Positions 10,149 to 20,466 of a DNA stretch of 64,000 nt are shown in pieces (within the stretch, counting starts at the first letter, position 1; each line of letters starts with the position of its first letter). Position numbers and translations under genes: made by a program. The DNA comes from Frankiales bacterium. GTDB taxonomy: Bacteria; Actinomycetota; Actinomycetes; JAWWOW01. The DNA lies in NCBI GenBank assembly GCA_033851265.1, contig JAWWOW010000016.1:21438-85437 (forward strand), in the 5' to 3' direction. A model generated the notes under the pieces. The model was not told the DNA's origin. It did no database searches and was given only the letters and a program-made list of their open reading frames with translations.

Positions 10149-11297
10149 CTAGCTGCTCAGAGCGCTGATTACCAACCTGGCCGCATGGTGCGCGCCGAGA
10201 CTGTCAACTCCCTGACTCGCGCGCGCCGAAGCTTCGGCGTACCCGGGATTGCCCAAAACCCGTTCGACTGCAGTGCGCAAGCGGTCGGCCGTCAGCTTGC
10301 GCGGTGGGATGACCACCGCAGCATCGAGTCGCGCAGCGCGGGCAGCGTTTTCCTTCTGGTCACCCCAACCGGGCACGAGCACGAGCGGCAAGCCGGCCTC
10401 GAGGCCCTTGCACACAATCCCGTTGCCGGCGCCCGAGACCATGACTGACGCCGCCTCGAGCAAGGGCTGTTGGCGCCCCGGGCCGACTCGGGCCCACGAA
10501 GGCAATGCAGCGTCGTACGCCGAGAGAGTCGTGCAGACGAGCCGAACACCACGCAATGACGCGAGCGCGGTCTCGAGCAGGCCCATCGACCTTCCCGGCA
10601 CGGTGGACGCAGAGACGAAGACGAGCGGTTCATCGCCATCCGGCACATCGAGAGCGACGTCACCCGGGTCCCAGACCAATGGCCCGACGACATGCGTGTC
10701 GGTCGGCCAGTCTCTGCGTGGCGGTTCAAGAGCTGGCAGCGTCGCGACCAACCGGACCCGTGGCGGTGTCTCCTCGTCGATGCCGATCGCTCGACGCGCT
10801 TCCTCGCGTTGTGATCGGGCGAGTGCAAGCGATCGCGCAGTCATCCTCCGGAGGAACGCGTCACGTCCACGTCCCAACGGCGTACGTCCAGGCGCCAGTC
10901 CGGTGCCGGGTGGGGGCAAGTCGCGCGACAAGTCCTGCAAGGGGTGCGGGATGAACTCGACCCACGGCAGACCGATGCTCGCAGCCGCCCACCCGCCACA
11001 GGTCACCAAGGTGTCGCTGACCACTCCGTCCGCACGCCACTGACGCAACACCTCGGCGCACGGCTCAGTCATCTGCGCCGCCCGGACATACAACCGGTGA
11101 CCGATGTCACCACAGTCGAAGTCGTGGGAGAGCAGTGGCAGGTCGAGCAGCTCGACATCGTCACGTTTCAACGCAGCGCCCCACTCGGGCCCCGACATCA
11201 CGCAGACCTCGTGACCCAGTTCGCGCAGGGCAACAGCGAGAGCAGCAGCGGGAAACGCATGGCCCGGCGCGGGCCCGGTGATGACGGCGATCCGCAC
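10149..11297 (-). CDS. glycosyltransferase, GT1 (MGT/UGT-like) family
   Basis: N-terminal VRIAVITGPAPGHAFPAAALA and a C-terminal GAGNG...PGWGDQKENA nucleotide-sugar motif. The start was moved to the GTG at 11297 to remove the overlap with the upstream gene. Confidence 0.7.
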   Translation of the reverse strand: MRIAVITGPAPGHAFPAAALAVALRELGHEVCVMSGPEWGAALKRDDVELLDLPLLSHDFDCGDIGHRLYVRAAQMTEPCAEVLRQWRADGVVSDTLVTCGGWAAASIGLPWVEFIPHPLQDLSRDLPPPGTGLAPGRTPLGRGRDAFLRRMTARSLALARSQREEARRAIGIDEETPPRVRLVATLPALEPPRRDWPTDTHVVGPLVWDPGDVALDVPDGDEPLVFVSASTVPGRSMGLLETALASLRGVRLVCTTLSAYDAALPSWARVGPGRQQPLLEAASVMVSGAGNGIVCKGLEAGLPLVLVPGWGDQKENAARAARLDAAVVIPPRKLTADRLRTAVERVLGNPGYAEASARASQGVDSLGAHHAARLVISALSS

Positions 11298-11310
11298 CGG
11301 CGTACGCCGG

Positions 11311-12279
11311 TCAGACCGTGAAGACGATCTTGCCGAACTGTTCGCCCTCGGCCATCCGCTCGAAGCCGACACGCGCCTCACCGAGTGGCATCGTGGCGTC
11401 GATCGGTGGATGCAGTCCGGTCACTTCCAACATGCGCACAAGTCGGTCGAGTTCGTCACGCGTCCCCATGGTCGAGCCGATGACAGACAACTGCAGGAAG
11501 AACATCCGCCGCAGATCCGCCGATGGCGCATCACCACTTGTCGCGCCGGTCACCACGACGGTGCCGCCGGGACGCAGGCTCTTCAACGAGTGCGACCAGG
11601 TTGCCTCGCCAACTGTCTCCATCACCGCGTCGACACGATCGGGCAGCCGCGCCCCGGACTCGAACACCGCGTCCGCCCCGAGATCGAGCGCAGCCTTGCG
11701 CTTGCCCTCATCCCGGCTCGTGACCCACATCCGGTAGCCCGCCGCGCGACCGAGCAAGAGCAGGGCAGTACTCACTCCCCCGCCGGCACCTTGGACGAGC
11801 ACCGAAGCGCCCGGTGACAGATTCGCGCGAGTGAAGAGCATTCGGTACGCCGTCAGCCACGCCGTCGGGAGGCACGCGGCCTCCTCCCATGACAACGACG
11901 ACGGCTTCGGGACAAGGTTGCGGCGGGGTACGGCGACGCGTTCAGCGAACGTGCCCGGGTATTTCTCCGACAACAACGACCGACCGGGATCGAGAGTCTC
12001 GTCACCACCGCCGGCCGCAGGGTCAGCGATGACGGCGTGGATGACGACCTCGTTGCCCTCGTCATCAATGCCTGCCGCGTCGCAGCCGAGCACCATCGGG
12101 AGTCGGTCTTCGGGCAACCCGACACCACGCAGGCTCCACAGGTCGTGATGGTTCAGCGCTGTCGCCTTGACCGTGACCGTGGTCCATCCGTCGGGCACCT
12201 GAGGCTCCGGCTGCTCCCCGAGTTCGAGTCCGCTGAGTGGATCGTCGGGCGATGTGCGGGCTGCGGTCACGGCGAACAT
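11311..12279 (-). CDS. zinc-type/MDR dehydrogenase (quinone oxidoreductase-like)
   Basis: 322 aa with the Rossmann motif VQGAGGGVSTALL and GroES-like N-terminal features. Confidence 0.75.
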   Translation of the reverse strand: MFAVTAARTSPDDPLSGLELGEQPEPQVPDGWTTVTVKATALNHHDLWSLRGVGLPEDRLPMVLGCDAAGIDDEGNEVVIHAVIADPAAGGGDETLDPGRSLLSEKYPGTFAERVAVPRRNLVPKPSSLSWEEAACLPTAWLTAYRMLFTRANLSPGASVLVQGAGGGVSTALLLLGRAAGYRMWVTSRDEGKRKAALDLGADAVFESGARLPDRVDAVMETVGEATWSHSLKSLRPGGTVVVTGATSGDAPSADLRRMFFLQLSVIGSTMGTRDELDRLVRMLEVTGLHPPIDATMPLGEARVGFERMAEGEQFGKIVFTV

Positions 12280-12368
12280 GGCCGGACCCTATCCGTGCCG
12301 AAGGCGGCGTGCGGGCACTGGCAGGATGACCCCATCCCAGCGCTTATGTCCCTAACGAGGAGAGCGTA

Positions 12369-13283
12369 ATGCGCCCATCATCCGTCAACAGGTCACCGCT
12401 TCGCCGCGCTGCGACGGCGGCATCTGTATTAGCACTCGTGGCTGTTGCCGGCTGCGGTAGTGGCAGCGACAACCCGACTGTAAAGGCGTCGGGTGGCGCC
12501 CAAGTCGACTCAGCGATCGCCGCGAAAGTGCCTGCCGCGCTGCGCACCAAGGGCACGCTGGTCGCCGGCACCGACGGGGCGTACGCGCCGAACGAGTTCA
12601 TCGATACCGATGGCAGGTCGATCATCGGCATGGACGTCGACCTCATCACGGCCGTGGCTGCAGTCATGGGCCTGAAGGTGCAGATGAAGAAGACCAGCTT
12701 CGACGCCATCATCCCGGGGCTGAAGGGCGGTCGGTACGACCTTGGTGTCTCCTCCTTCACCGACAACAAGGAACGCGAGAAGGTCGTCGACTTCGTCACC
12801 TACTACAAGTCCGGGACGGCCTTCTTCGTCAACGCGTCCGGCGGGCCGGACATCAAGACGCTCGACGACCTGTGCGGTCACACCGTCGGCGTGCAAAAGG
12901 CGACGACGCAGGAGGCCGACGCGAAGGCGCAGAGCGCGAAGTGCACGACCGGCAGCAAGCCAAAGGTCGACGTGCGATCGTTCCCGGACCAGAACGCCGC
13001 CAACCTCGCTCTCAAGAGCAAGCGGGTCGAGGTCAGCATGGCTGACTCCCCCATCGCGGCCTACCAGGTGAAGCAATCCAAGGGCGTGTTCAAGCTCTCT
13101 GGTGATCTGTACGGGACGGCGCCGTACGGCTTTGCGATCCCGAAGAACAACGGGCTGGCCCAGCCGATGCTCGACGCATTGAAGAAGCTCATGGCCGACG
13201 GCACTTACCTGAACATCCTGAAGAAGTGGGGGGTGGAGGCCGGCGCCATCACCGATCCAGTCATCAACGGGGCGCAGAGCTAA
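12369..13283 (+). CDS. polar amino-acid ABC transporter substrate-binding lipoprotein
   Basis: Signal peptide with lipobox VAVAGCGSG and a family-3 SBP-like sequence. It is the first gene of an SBP-permease-ATPase operon. Confidence 0.85.
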   Translation: MRPSSVNRSPLRRAATAASVLALVAVAGCGSGSDNPTVKASGGAQVDSAIAAKVPAALRTKGTLVAGTDGAYAPNEFIDTDGRSIIGMDVDLITAVAAVMGLKVQMKKTSFDAIIPGLKGGRYDLGVSSFTDNKEREKVVDFVTYYKSGTAFFVNASGGPDIKTLDDLCGHTVGVQKATTQEADAKAQSAKCTTGSKPKVDVRSFPDQNAANLALKSKRVEVSMADSPIAAYQVKQSKGVFKLSGDLYGTAPYGFAIPKNNGLAQPMLDALKKLMADGTYLNILKKWGVEAGAITDPVINGAQS

Positions 13284-13289
13284 GTCGTC

Positions 13290-14252
13290 GTGCCCACTGA
13301 GGTGGCCGGCGACACACGGCCGGAGGAGATCCGGGCCATCCCACTCCGCCACCCGGGTCGGTGGGTCGCTGTGGTGGTGGTCTGTGTCCTGGTCGCCATG
13401 TTCGGCCACACGCTGGTGACGAACCCGAGCTTCGAATGGGGTGTCGTCGGCGACTACTTCTTCAGCCGGCCCATCCTCACCGGCCTCGTCCGCACCCTCG
13501 AGCTGACTGCGATCGCGATGGCCGTCGGGATCACCCTTGGCATCGTCCTTGCCGTCATGCGGCTGTCCGCGAATCCGATCGTGTCGGCCGCGGCGTGGCT
13601 GTACATCTGGTTCTTCCGCGGTACGCCGGTCCTGGTGCAGATCCTCTTCTGGTTCAGCATCGCGGCGGTCTACCCGAAGCTGTCGGCCGGAGTCCCGTTC
13701 GGCCCGGAGTTCGTGCACGGGGACGCCAACAAGCTGATCACTCCGTTCGTGGCAGCGGTCCTGGCACTGGGTTTGAACGAAGCGGCGTACATGGCCGAGA
13801 TCGTTCGGGCCGGCATCCTCTCCGTTGACGAAGGACAGGTCGACGCGTCCCAGGCGCTGGGGATGAGGCGCACGCTGCTGTTGCGCCGCGTCGTGTTGCC
13901 ACAGGCGATGCGGGTGATCATCCCGCCGACCGGCAACGAGACCATCTCCATGCTGAAGACGACCTCCCTCGTGATTGTCATCGGTTACGACGAGTTGCTG
14001 GGGTCGGCTCAGGCCATCTACGGACAGAGTTTCCAGACGATCCCCCTGCTCATCGTCGTAAGCCTGTGGTACCTGATCGCGACCTCAGTCCTCACGGTCG
14101 GGCAGTTCTACGTCGAGCGGTACTTCAGTCGTGGGACGACGCGCGAACCACCGCCGACGATGCTGCAACGCTTCTTTGGGAATGTGACCCGTGGACACGC
14201 GCAACCACCCTTGAACGTGCAGCGCCGGGACGAGTCAGGTTCTGCGCTATGA
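13290..14252 (+). CDS. amino-acid ABC transporter permease
   Basis: 320 aa, multi-TM, with an EAA-type loop ([21 protein letters not shown]). It lies 6 nt after the SBP gene. Confidence 0.85.
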   Translation: MPTEVAGDTRPEEIRAIPLRHPGRWVAVVVVCVLVAMFGHTLVTNPSFEWGVVGDYFFSRPILTGLVRTLELTAIAMAVGITLGIVLAVMRLSANPIVSAAAWLYIWFFRGTPVLVQILFWFSIAAVYPKLSAGVPFGPEFVHGDANKLITPFVAAVLALGLNEAAYMAEIVRAGILSVDEGQVDASQALGMRRTLLLRRVVLPQAMRVIIPPTGNETISMLKTTSLVIVIGYDELLGSAQAIYGQSFQTIPLLIVVSLWYLIATSVLTVGQFYVERYFSRGTTREPPPTMLQRFFGNVTRGHAQPPLNVQRRDESGSAL

Positions 14253-15013
14253 CCGATGTCATGGTGCGTGCCGAGTCGGTGCACAAGAGTTTCGGGCGCC
14301 ACGAGGTGCTGCGCGGGATCAGCCTCGAAGTCAAGACGCGCGAGGTGATGTGCCTGGTCGGGCCATCCGGTTCCGGCAAGAGCACGTTCCTGCGGTGCAT
14401 CAACCATCTCGAGCGGATCAACGCTGGGCGGTTGTACGTCGACGGTGAGCTCGTCGGCTACCGGCAGGTCGGCGACAAGCTGCACGAGCTGCGCGACCGT
14501 GACGTCTGTAGCAAACGCGCCGAGATCGGCATGGTGTTCCAGCGCTTCAACCTGTTCCCGCACATGACTGCCCTCGACAACGTGATGGAAGCGCCGTTGC
14601 GGGTCAAGGGCGAGTCCAAGAGCGTCGTTCGTGATCGCGCCGTAGCCCTGCTCGACCGCGTTGGGCTGGCAGATCGGCGCGGGTTCTATCCGAATCAGCT
14701 CTCCGGCGGCCAACAACAGCGCGTGGCAATCGCTCGTGCCCTGGCGATGCAGCCGAAACTGATGCTGTTCGACGAGCCGACGTCGGCGCTCGACCCGGAA
14801 CTCGTCGGTGACGTGCTCGACGTCATGCGTGGTCTCGCTGAGGATGGGATGACGATGATCGTCGTTACGCACGAGATGGGGTTCGCGCGGGAAGTCGGCG
14901 ACAGTCTCGTGTTCATAGATCAAGGCGCCGTGGTCGAAGTGGGGACTCCCCACGACGTCATGACCAATCCGCAGCAGGAACGGACGCGCGCCTTCCTGTC
15001 GAAGGTGCTCTAG
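14249..15013 (+). CDS. amino-acid ABC transporter ATP-binding protein
   Basis: Walker [10 protein letters not shown], signature [15 protein letters not shown] and Walker [13 protein letters not shown]. Its ATG at 14249 overlaps the permease TGA (ATGA). Confidence 0.9.
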   Translation: MTDVMVRAESVHKSFGRHEVLRGISLEVKTREVMCLVGPSGSGKSTFLRCINHLERINAGRLYVDGELVGYRQVGDKLHELRDRDVCSKRAEIGMVFQRFNLFPHMTALDNVMEAPLRVKGESKSVVRDRAVALLDRVGLADRRGFYPNQLSGGQQQRVAIARALAMQPKLMLFDEPTSALDPELVGDVLDVMRGLAEDGMTMIVVTHEMGFAREVGDSLVFIDQGAVVEVGTPHDVMTNPQQERTRAFLSKVL

Positions 15014-15318
15014 CGCCGTCGGAGCGGGCGGTAACGCCAGATCACCCGCCCCTCCACCGCGCTCGGTGGTAGCGCGCCGAACACACGACTGTCATCGCTC
15101 GCGGACGGGTTGTCGCCGGCGAGCCAGAGCCGACCGTCTGACAGCACCTCGCGAACACGCTTCACAACGAGCAACTCGCTCCGGTCGGGCCGTCGCGCGA
15201 GGACGACATCGCCGACCCGTGCGCGGTGGCCGCGGCGGACGAGAACGCAGTCGCCGGCATGCAGGTGCGGGGCCATGGACGAACCAGCAATGACCGCGAC
15301 GGTAAGCAGGGATCGCAC
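15010..15318 (-). CDS. sodX: S26-family Ni-SOD maturation protease
   Basis: 102 aa with the GSSMAP catalytic-Ser motif. It is divergent from sodN across a 50-bp gap. Confidence 0.8.
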   Translation of the reverse strand: MRSLLTVAVIAGSSMAPHLHAGDCVLVRRGHRARVGDVVLARRPDRSELLVVKRVREVLSDGRLWLAGDNPSASDDSRVFGALPPSAVEGRVIWRYRPLRRR

Positions 15319-15368
15319 GGGGGTAGTGTCCGATACGAGAAGAGATCACGGCGAGAAGGGAACTCATC

Positions 15369-15770
15369 ATGCGCCTGCTGGACTTGCTGCTCACCCCGAA
15401 AACCGTCGCTCACGCGCACTGCGACCTGCCCTGCGGCATCTACGACCCGGCCCAGGCGCGGATCGAGGCGGAGTCCATCAAGGGCATCCTCGACAAGTAC
15501 GAAGGCAATGACGATCCGATCTTCCGCGGCCGGGCCGTGCTCATCAAGGAAGAGCGCGCCGAGCTCGTGAAGCATCACCTGTGGGTGCTGTGGACCGACT
15601 ATTTCAAGCCCGAGCACGTCGAGAAGTACCCGCAGCTACATCAGCTGTTCTGGGACGCCACCAAGTCAGCGGGCGCCATCAAGAAGTCCGTTGACCCCGG
15701 AGACGCGCAGAAGCTGCTCGACCAGATCGACGAGATCGCGAAGATCTTCGCGGAGACCAAGAAGGGCTGA
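15369..15770 (+). CDS. sodN: nickel superoxide dismutase precursor
   Basis: A 14-aa propeptide is followed by the Ni-hook HCDLPCGIYDP. Confidence 0.92.
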   Translation: MRLLDLLLTPKTVAHAHCDLPCGIYDPAQARIEAESIKGILDKYEGNDDPIFRGRAVLIKEERAELVKHHLWVLWTDYFKPEHVEKYPQLHQLFWDATKSAGAIKKSVDPGDAQKLLDQIDEIAKIFAETKKG

Positions 15771-15800
15771 CGCCCTCTCCTGCGACGTAACGATTAAGGC

Positions 15801-16274
15801 GTGATCCGACCCGCCGTACTCGCCGACGTGCCCGCGATCGTCGGGCTCGTGCGCGAGCTGGCGACGTACGAGCGGGCGCCCGACCAGGTGGAACTCACCG
15901 ATGAGCTCCTGACGGACGCGCTATTTGGTGACGCTCCAGCGGCTTTTTGCCATGTTGCGCAAGACCACGGCACCGTCGTCGGAATGGCGCTGTGGTTCGT
16001 CAACTTCTCGACGTGGGTGGGCAAGCACGGCATCTATCTCGAGGATCTCTACGTCACGCCGGACGCCCGCCGCAATGGTCATGGACGCGCGCTGCTTGCC
16101 ACCCTCGCCACGATTGCCGTTGATCGTGGATACGGCCGACTCGAGTGGGCTGTCCTCGACTGGAACGAGCCGGCGCTCGAGTTCTATCGCTCCATCGGAG
16201 CGATCCCGCTGGACGAGTGGACGGTGCACAGGCTCGCGGGAGACGCGTTAGCGGCACTGGCGGAGCACTGCTGA
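15801..16274 (+). CDS. GNAT family N-acetyltransferase
   Basis: 157 aa. It has motif A RRNGHGRALL and the C-terminal ALEFYRSIGA pattern. Confidence 0.8.
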   Translation: MIRPAVLADVPAIVGLVRELATYERAPDQVELTDELLTDALFGDAPAAFCHVAQDHGTVVGMALWFVNFSTWVGKHGIYLEDLYVTPDARRNGHGRALLATLATIAVDRGYGRLEWAVLDWNEPALEFYRSIGAIPLDEWTVHRLAGDALAALAEHC

Positions 16275-17044
16275 CTGCGACCGAGAACCAAATCCCCGAT
16301 CGGCGCTTGCTCGTCGCCGAGGTCTGGATCGTGCTGCTGATCTCGCTCGGGTTCCGGGCGATCTACGCCTTGGTCGACCTGATCGCGGATCTCACCAAAG
16401 GCGCACCGCTCAGTTCGCAAACCGCTGTACTCGTCGGCACCCAAGCCGACCGGCCCTGGCTCGACCTCACCTATCAGCTGCTCGGCATCACCCGCGGTCT
16501 CGTCCCGGTTGCGCTGGTCATCTATCTCCTGCATCGATCCGGCGACTCCGCGAAGACGATCGGGTTCGACCTCCGCCGCCCGCGCGTCGACCTCGGCTTC
16601 GGTGCGGCGCTGGCCGCGGTGATCGGCGGCGCCGGACTCGGTCTCTACCTGGTCGCGCACGCGATCGACAGCAACCTCACCGTCGTACCGACCACCCTGC
16701 GCGATATCTGGTGGCGCATCCCGGTGCTGATCCTGGCCGCCGCGGAGAATGCCACTCTCGAAGAGGTCATCGTCGTCGGTTACCTACTACATCGACTTCG
16801 ACAGCTTGGGTGGAGCGACACAACGTCGCTCGCGCTGTCTGCCGGACTCCGTGGGAGCTATCACCTGTACCAAGGCTTCGGCGGTTTCCTCGGAAACGCT
16901 GTGATGGGTGTCATCTTCGGCCGCATCTACCAGCGATACGGCCGCGTCGCTCCACTCGTCGTCGCACACACGCTCATCGACACCGTCGCCTTCGTGGGCT
17001 ACGTCCTGCTCGCGGGCCACGTTTCCTGGCTGCCGACACCCTGA
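16217..17044 (+). CDS. CPBP (CAAX-like) intramembrane protease family protein
   Basis: Multi-TM protein with the motifs LEEVIVVGYLLHRL and VVAHTLIDT. The start is uncertain; the GTG at 16217 is the first plausible start and would overlap the GNAT 3' end. Confidence 0.65.
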   Translation: MDGAQARGRRVSGTGGALLTATENQIPDRRLLVAEVWIVLLISLGFRAIYALVDLIADLTKGAPLSSQTAVLVGTQADRPWLDLTYQLLGITRGLVPVALVIYLLHRSGDSAKTIGFDLRRPRVDLGFGAALAAVIGGAGLGLYLVAHAIDSNLTVVPTTLRDIWWRIPVLILAAAENATLEEVIVVGYLLHRLRQLGWSDTTSLALSAGLRGSYHLYQGFGGFLGNAVMGVIFGRIYQRYGRVAPLVVAHTLIDTVAFVGYVLLAGHVSWLPTP

Positions 17045-17045
17045 A

Positions 17046-20000
17046 TCAGGTCGTACGCCGACGCAACCGCGCCGCAGCCAGGCCACCGATGACAAACAGC
17101 ATCGCGAGCGGTGGCAACCAGTCTGCGAGACCCGTCGTCGCGATCGGGCCGCCTGCACTGTTGCGATCCAGCGAGCTCAGAACCGTGACGACAACCGTGT
17201 CACTGCCGGACGCGCCATCGACGTCTGTCACCGTCAGCCGCACCGTGTACTTGCCCGCCTGTGAGTAGGCATGACGCACCGTCTCACCGGTCGCATCGGT
17301 CTTGCCGTCCCCGTTGAAGTCCCACCGGTACTTCAGCTGCGACGGAGCCGACGTGTCGTCCGACGACTGCGATCCGTTGAAGGTGACCGGCTGGTTGACC
17401 ATGACCGTCGCTGGCTTCGCGGCAGCGCGCGCCCTGGGAGCGGTGTTGGGGACACCGAACCCGTAGTCGAATGCGCCACAGCCCTTCCCGTCGGCGAATG
17501 TCACGTCGCCGGTCAGGTCACTGCCAGCACCGATTGCGGGGAACTCCGGCCCGGGTGTCTGTCCGGTCATCTTGTTGACGGTGAACTTCAGGCAGTTGTA
17601 CTTGAACTCCCAGTTGCCTGTCTTAGACGCCGGATCGGTGTAGTTGTCGGTATGTCCCTTGTGGTCATCGAACGTGTCACCCGGGTGGAACGTCGCGTCG
17701 TTGAGCTCGGGTGTTTCGTCGCCAGGAGATGGCCTCGCGTCCAGCGGGCTCTGCGCCGGTGGGTCGTTGACACCGACATTGCCGTAACCATGGGTCTCAT
17801 CGGTGTACTCGAGGAGCAACCCAGCGTTGAAGCCGATCGGAGCCCGCTCGTTCTGGCCGTGTCCGTCCTGGTCGAACCCGGAACGGTCACGCATCGACAG
17901 GTAGTAACCAACGTCGAAGGGCGCGGCGACCGAGGTGTTGAGGTACTGCCAGCCATGCGTGCACTTTGACGCCACCGTCTTGGTTCCCTGGCAACCGCCG
18001 TTGAAAATCGCGGCGTCCCGCGGCCCCCCCGTTTTCTCGAAGTCGCTGGAGAAAATGGTCTGGTTGCCGGCCTTGATCGTCACGTTGTCGATGAACCAAC
18101 CGGCGTACGCGAGTCCGACGTCGGTGGAGTAGCTGAAGCGGACTGCTCCGTTCTTGCCCGCCAGCGCGGAGAGATCGAAGGAGTCCTCGACGAAAGTGAA
18201 GTCCGGGTACGAGTCGAACTGTGACAAGCCGGTCAGGTCGCCGATACCCCGCCGGTCGATTTCCTCGGTCCCGTTCTTCCACGAGGTACTCGAGCCCGTG
18301 AGGCCATTGCCGTACTTCGCCTGGCACGGATTGCTGTTGGGGTTCGTCGACGCCGGCGTCGTGTTGCCATTCTTCGAAGGAGCCGACGTGTACTCGTTGA
18401 TGGCGCCCGCTGAGTTCGGAACGCCGATGAGGACGTAGCCGTAGTCGAAGTCCCACTCGATTTCCCACGCATGCTTCAGGGTCATCGTCACGGGAGTTCC
18501 GGCCGGAATGTTCTTCAACTGCGGGAGCGCGATGTCGAAGTTGTGACCACCGAGTGGTGAGCAGCCGAAGTCGTTACCAGCTTGCGACCACCACACATGC
18601 GACGGGGACGCGCCCTGCTGCACCTTCTTCGGATCGATGATGCGCTTGCCGGGCAACTTTGCGTTGTAAACGAGCGCGTTGTGCACGCCCGGCCCACTCA
18701 AGGTGTACGGCGTACCGTCCGGTGTCTGCCATCGGATGGTGTGCGTGTCCTTCTTCGTGTCCGTCCAGTCAGTCACCTTCGTGCCGTATGGCACTGGCTC
18801 GGGAACGACCCAGCCGTAGTCCTGCAGCTGAAAGGCGGCGCTGTTCTGCGACTTGTCGGTTGCCATCAACATGTAGTCGCCATACGTCGCACGGCTACCC
18901 GTCGAGTAGTAGTCAGGCGCACCAAGCGAGTGGCCGTACTCGTGGCTGATCACGCTGGCCTTGTCGATGGCTGTCTCGGGGTTGACGTTGTACGGACCGA
19001 CGCGAACGAACACCTTCAGGTTTGCCGGCCCGGGAGTCGTTGTCATCTGGGTGCGTGTCACGTTGGTGTACCAGAGCGGCTCACCCTCGAGGTTCTTCAG
19101 CTGATCCTTGCTCGTGTACCCCGGCAGGCCGGTCGCCGCGTCGACGTACGTGCCCTCAAGAGTCGAGGAGTGTGGCCAGATGTTGTCGTACGGCGGCACA
19201 TTGGTCTGCGAAGCACCGGCGCCGTCCTTGCCCTGGAAGATGACCTCGAAGAAGTCGACGACGCCGTCCTTGTCGGTGTCGAAGTCGCTGTAATCGATGT
19301 CCGGGTCAGCCGCGACGGCGGCGTCGTAAGCCAGTTTCGCGGCCGGGCCGCAGGCCTCGTCGAGAGCCTGCAACTGACCGACACCCGCCTCCGCACCGAT
19401 GAGCGCGCTGCCGTTGGAGTCGTCGCCGTAGTAGTCGCGCATGCCAGGCAGCTGGTACCAACCACCCTTCACGCGCTTCTGTCCGAACAGCGGCTTGCCG
19501 CCGTTCAGTTGGGCGGATGTCACGCCGTGGCAGGTGTTCAGCTTCGTCGCGCTGCTCGTCGTGAAGGTCTGACCGTCAGCCGGGGAGTAGTTGTCATCGG
19601 GAATGCCCTCGGACGGGATGTCGGCCTTCGGGAACAGCTGCCCGAGCGACATCTCCTGATACAGGCTGAAGGTCGACGCCTTGTTGGTCGGGCTGTTGAT
19701 GACCTCGTCGAGTTTGCCGGCCGAGTGGGCGGCGGAGTGCTTGAAATCGATGTAGTCGACCGGCACGACCGGGAACGGCCGGTCGCCGTACCGCGCGGTC
19801 TCGAAGTTCTCCCCCGGCGGGATGACCCGTGGACCGTGGCTCTCCGATTCACCGGTGGCGCCAGCGGTGAACTCCGCAATCGTCGACAGGTTGCGCCACA
19901 CCACTTGCGGGTCCTGCACCAACGAGTCGGCCTTCGCATCGACGATCAGGGTTTTGATGGTCGGTTGCGTCGATGTGCCGGCCGCCACGATGCCGATGTC

Positions 20001-20363
20001 CCAGGTCACCAGGTTCGCCGTCGGGGTGACCGTGCCACCGCCCACCTGATGCGCGCCCGTGAACGACATGCCCTGGACTGCCGTCACCTTGGCCGCCACG
20101 TCCGCTGACGTGCCGTAGTTGCGCACGAGGACGCGGAACACGTAGGTGTCGCCCGGCTTGACCCAGCCGACCGAGGAGACGAACGAGTTCTCGATCTGGA
20201 TGCCGGTGTTCGCCAGCGGAGCCACGTGCGGTGCCGCGGCAGCGGCCGTCGGCTTGGCGCGCGAGGCGGACGGCTGCGCGGCGAGAGCCACGCTCACTCC
20301 GACCGTCAATGTTGCGGCGGTGACGAGGCAGATGGCAGGTCGCAGCAGACGCCTTTGTCGCAT
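17046..20363 (-). CDS. secreted M6 (immune inhibitor A-like) zinc metalloprotease with PKD domain and C-terminal cell-wall sorting-like signal
   Basis: 1105 aa with a signal peptide, zinc motif HEYGHSLGAPDYY and a PKD repeat (YRWDFNGDGKTD...YTVRLTVTD). The C-terminus reads IATTG + hydrophobic stretch + RLRRR. Confidence 0.8.
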   Translation of the reverse strand: MRQRRLLRPAICLVTAATLTVGVSVALAAQPSASRAKPTAAAAAPHVAPLANTGIQIENSFVSSVGWVKPGDTYVFRVLVRNYGTSADVAAKVTAVQGMSFTGAHQVGGGTVTPTANLVTWDIGIVAAGTSTQPTIKTLIVDAKADSLVQDPQVVWRNLSTIAEFTAGATGESESHGPRVIPPGENFETARYGDRPFPVVPVDYIDFKHSAAHSAGKLDEVINSPTNKASTFSLYQEMSLGQLFPKADIPSEGIPDDNYSPADGQTFTTSSATKLNTCHGVTSAQLNGGKPLFGQKRVKGGWYQLPGMRDYYGDDSNGSALIGAEAGVGQLQALDEACGPAAKLAYDAAVAADPDIDYSDFDTDKDGVVDFFEVIFQGKDGAGASQTNVPPYDNIWPHSSTLEGTYVDAATGLPGYTSKDQLKNLEGEPLWYTNVTRTQMTTTPGPANLKVFVRVGPYNVNPETAIDKASVISHEYGHSLGAPDYYSTGSRATYGDYMLMATDKSQNSAAFQLQDYGWVVPEPVPYGTKVTDWTDTKKDTHTIRWQTPDGTPYTLSGPGVHNALVYNAKLPGKRIIDPKKVQQGASPSHVWWSQAGNDFGCSPLGGHNFDIALPQLKNIPAGTPVTMTLKHAWEIEWDFDYGYVLIGVPNSAGAINEYTSAPSKNGNTTPASTNPNSNPCQAKYGNGLTGSSTSWKNGTEEIDRRGIGDLTGLSQFDSYPDFTFVEDSFDLSALAGKNGAVRFSYSTDVGLAYAGWFIDNVTIKAGNQTIFSSDFEKTGGPRDAAIFNGGCQGTKTVASKCTHGWQYLNTSVAAPFDVGYYLSMRDRSGFDQDGHGQNERAPIGFNAGLLLEYTDETHGYGNVGVNDPPAQSPLDARPSPGDETPELNDATFHPGDTFDDHKGHTDNYTDPASKTGNWEFKYNCLKFTVNKMTGQTPGPEFPAIGAGSDLTGDVTFADGKGCGAFDYGFGVPNTAPRARAAAKPATVMVNQPVTFNGSQSSDDTSAPSQLKYRWDFNGDGKTDATGETVRHAYSQAGKYTVRLTVTDVDGASGSDTVVVTVLSSLDRNSAGGPIATTGLADWLPPLAMLFVIGGLAAARLRRRTT

Positions 20364-20466
20364 GCGGAAGGTCCTCCGAGAGCGGTTGTGTCGGATTACG
20401 GGCGACGGTCCTCGTCACACGCTTGGTAATCCATTCGTCGCTGTTGCCTGCGTTCCTGCCCGGCCG

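Noticed and set aside
12510-13718. A 402-aa minus-strand ORF across the ABC transporter genes.
   Set aside because: It is antisense to clear SBP and permease genes and has low-complexity composition.
16145-16216. An upstream extension of the CPBP protease ORF.
   Set aside because: It overlaps the 3' end of the GNAT gene in another frame, with no membrane segment there. The start remains uncertain.
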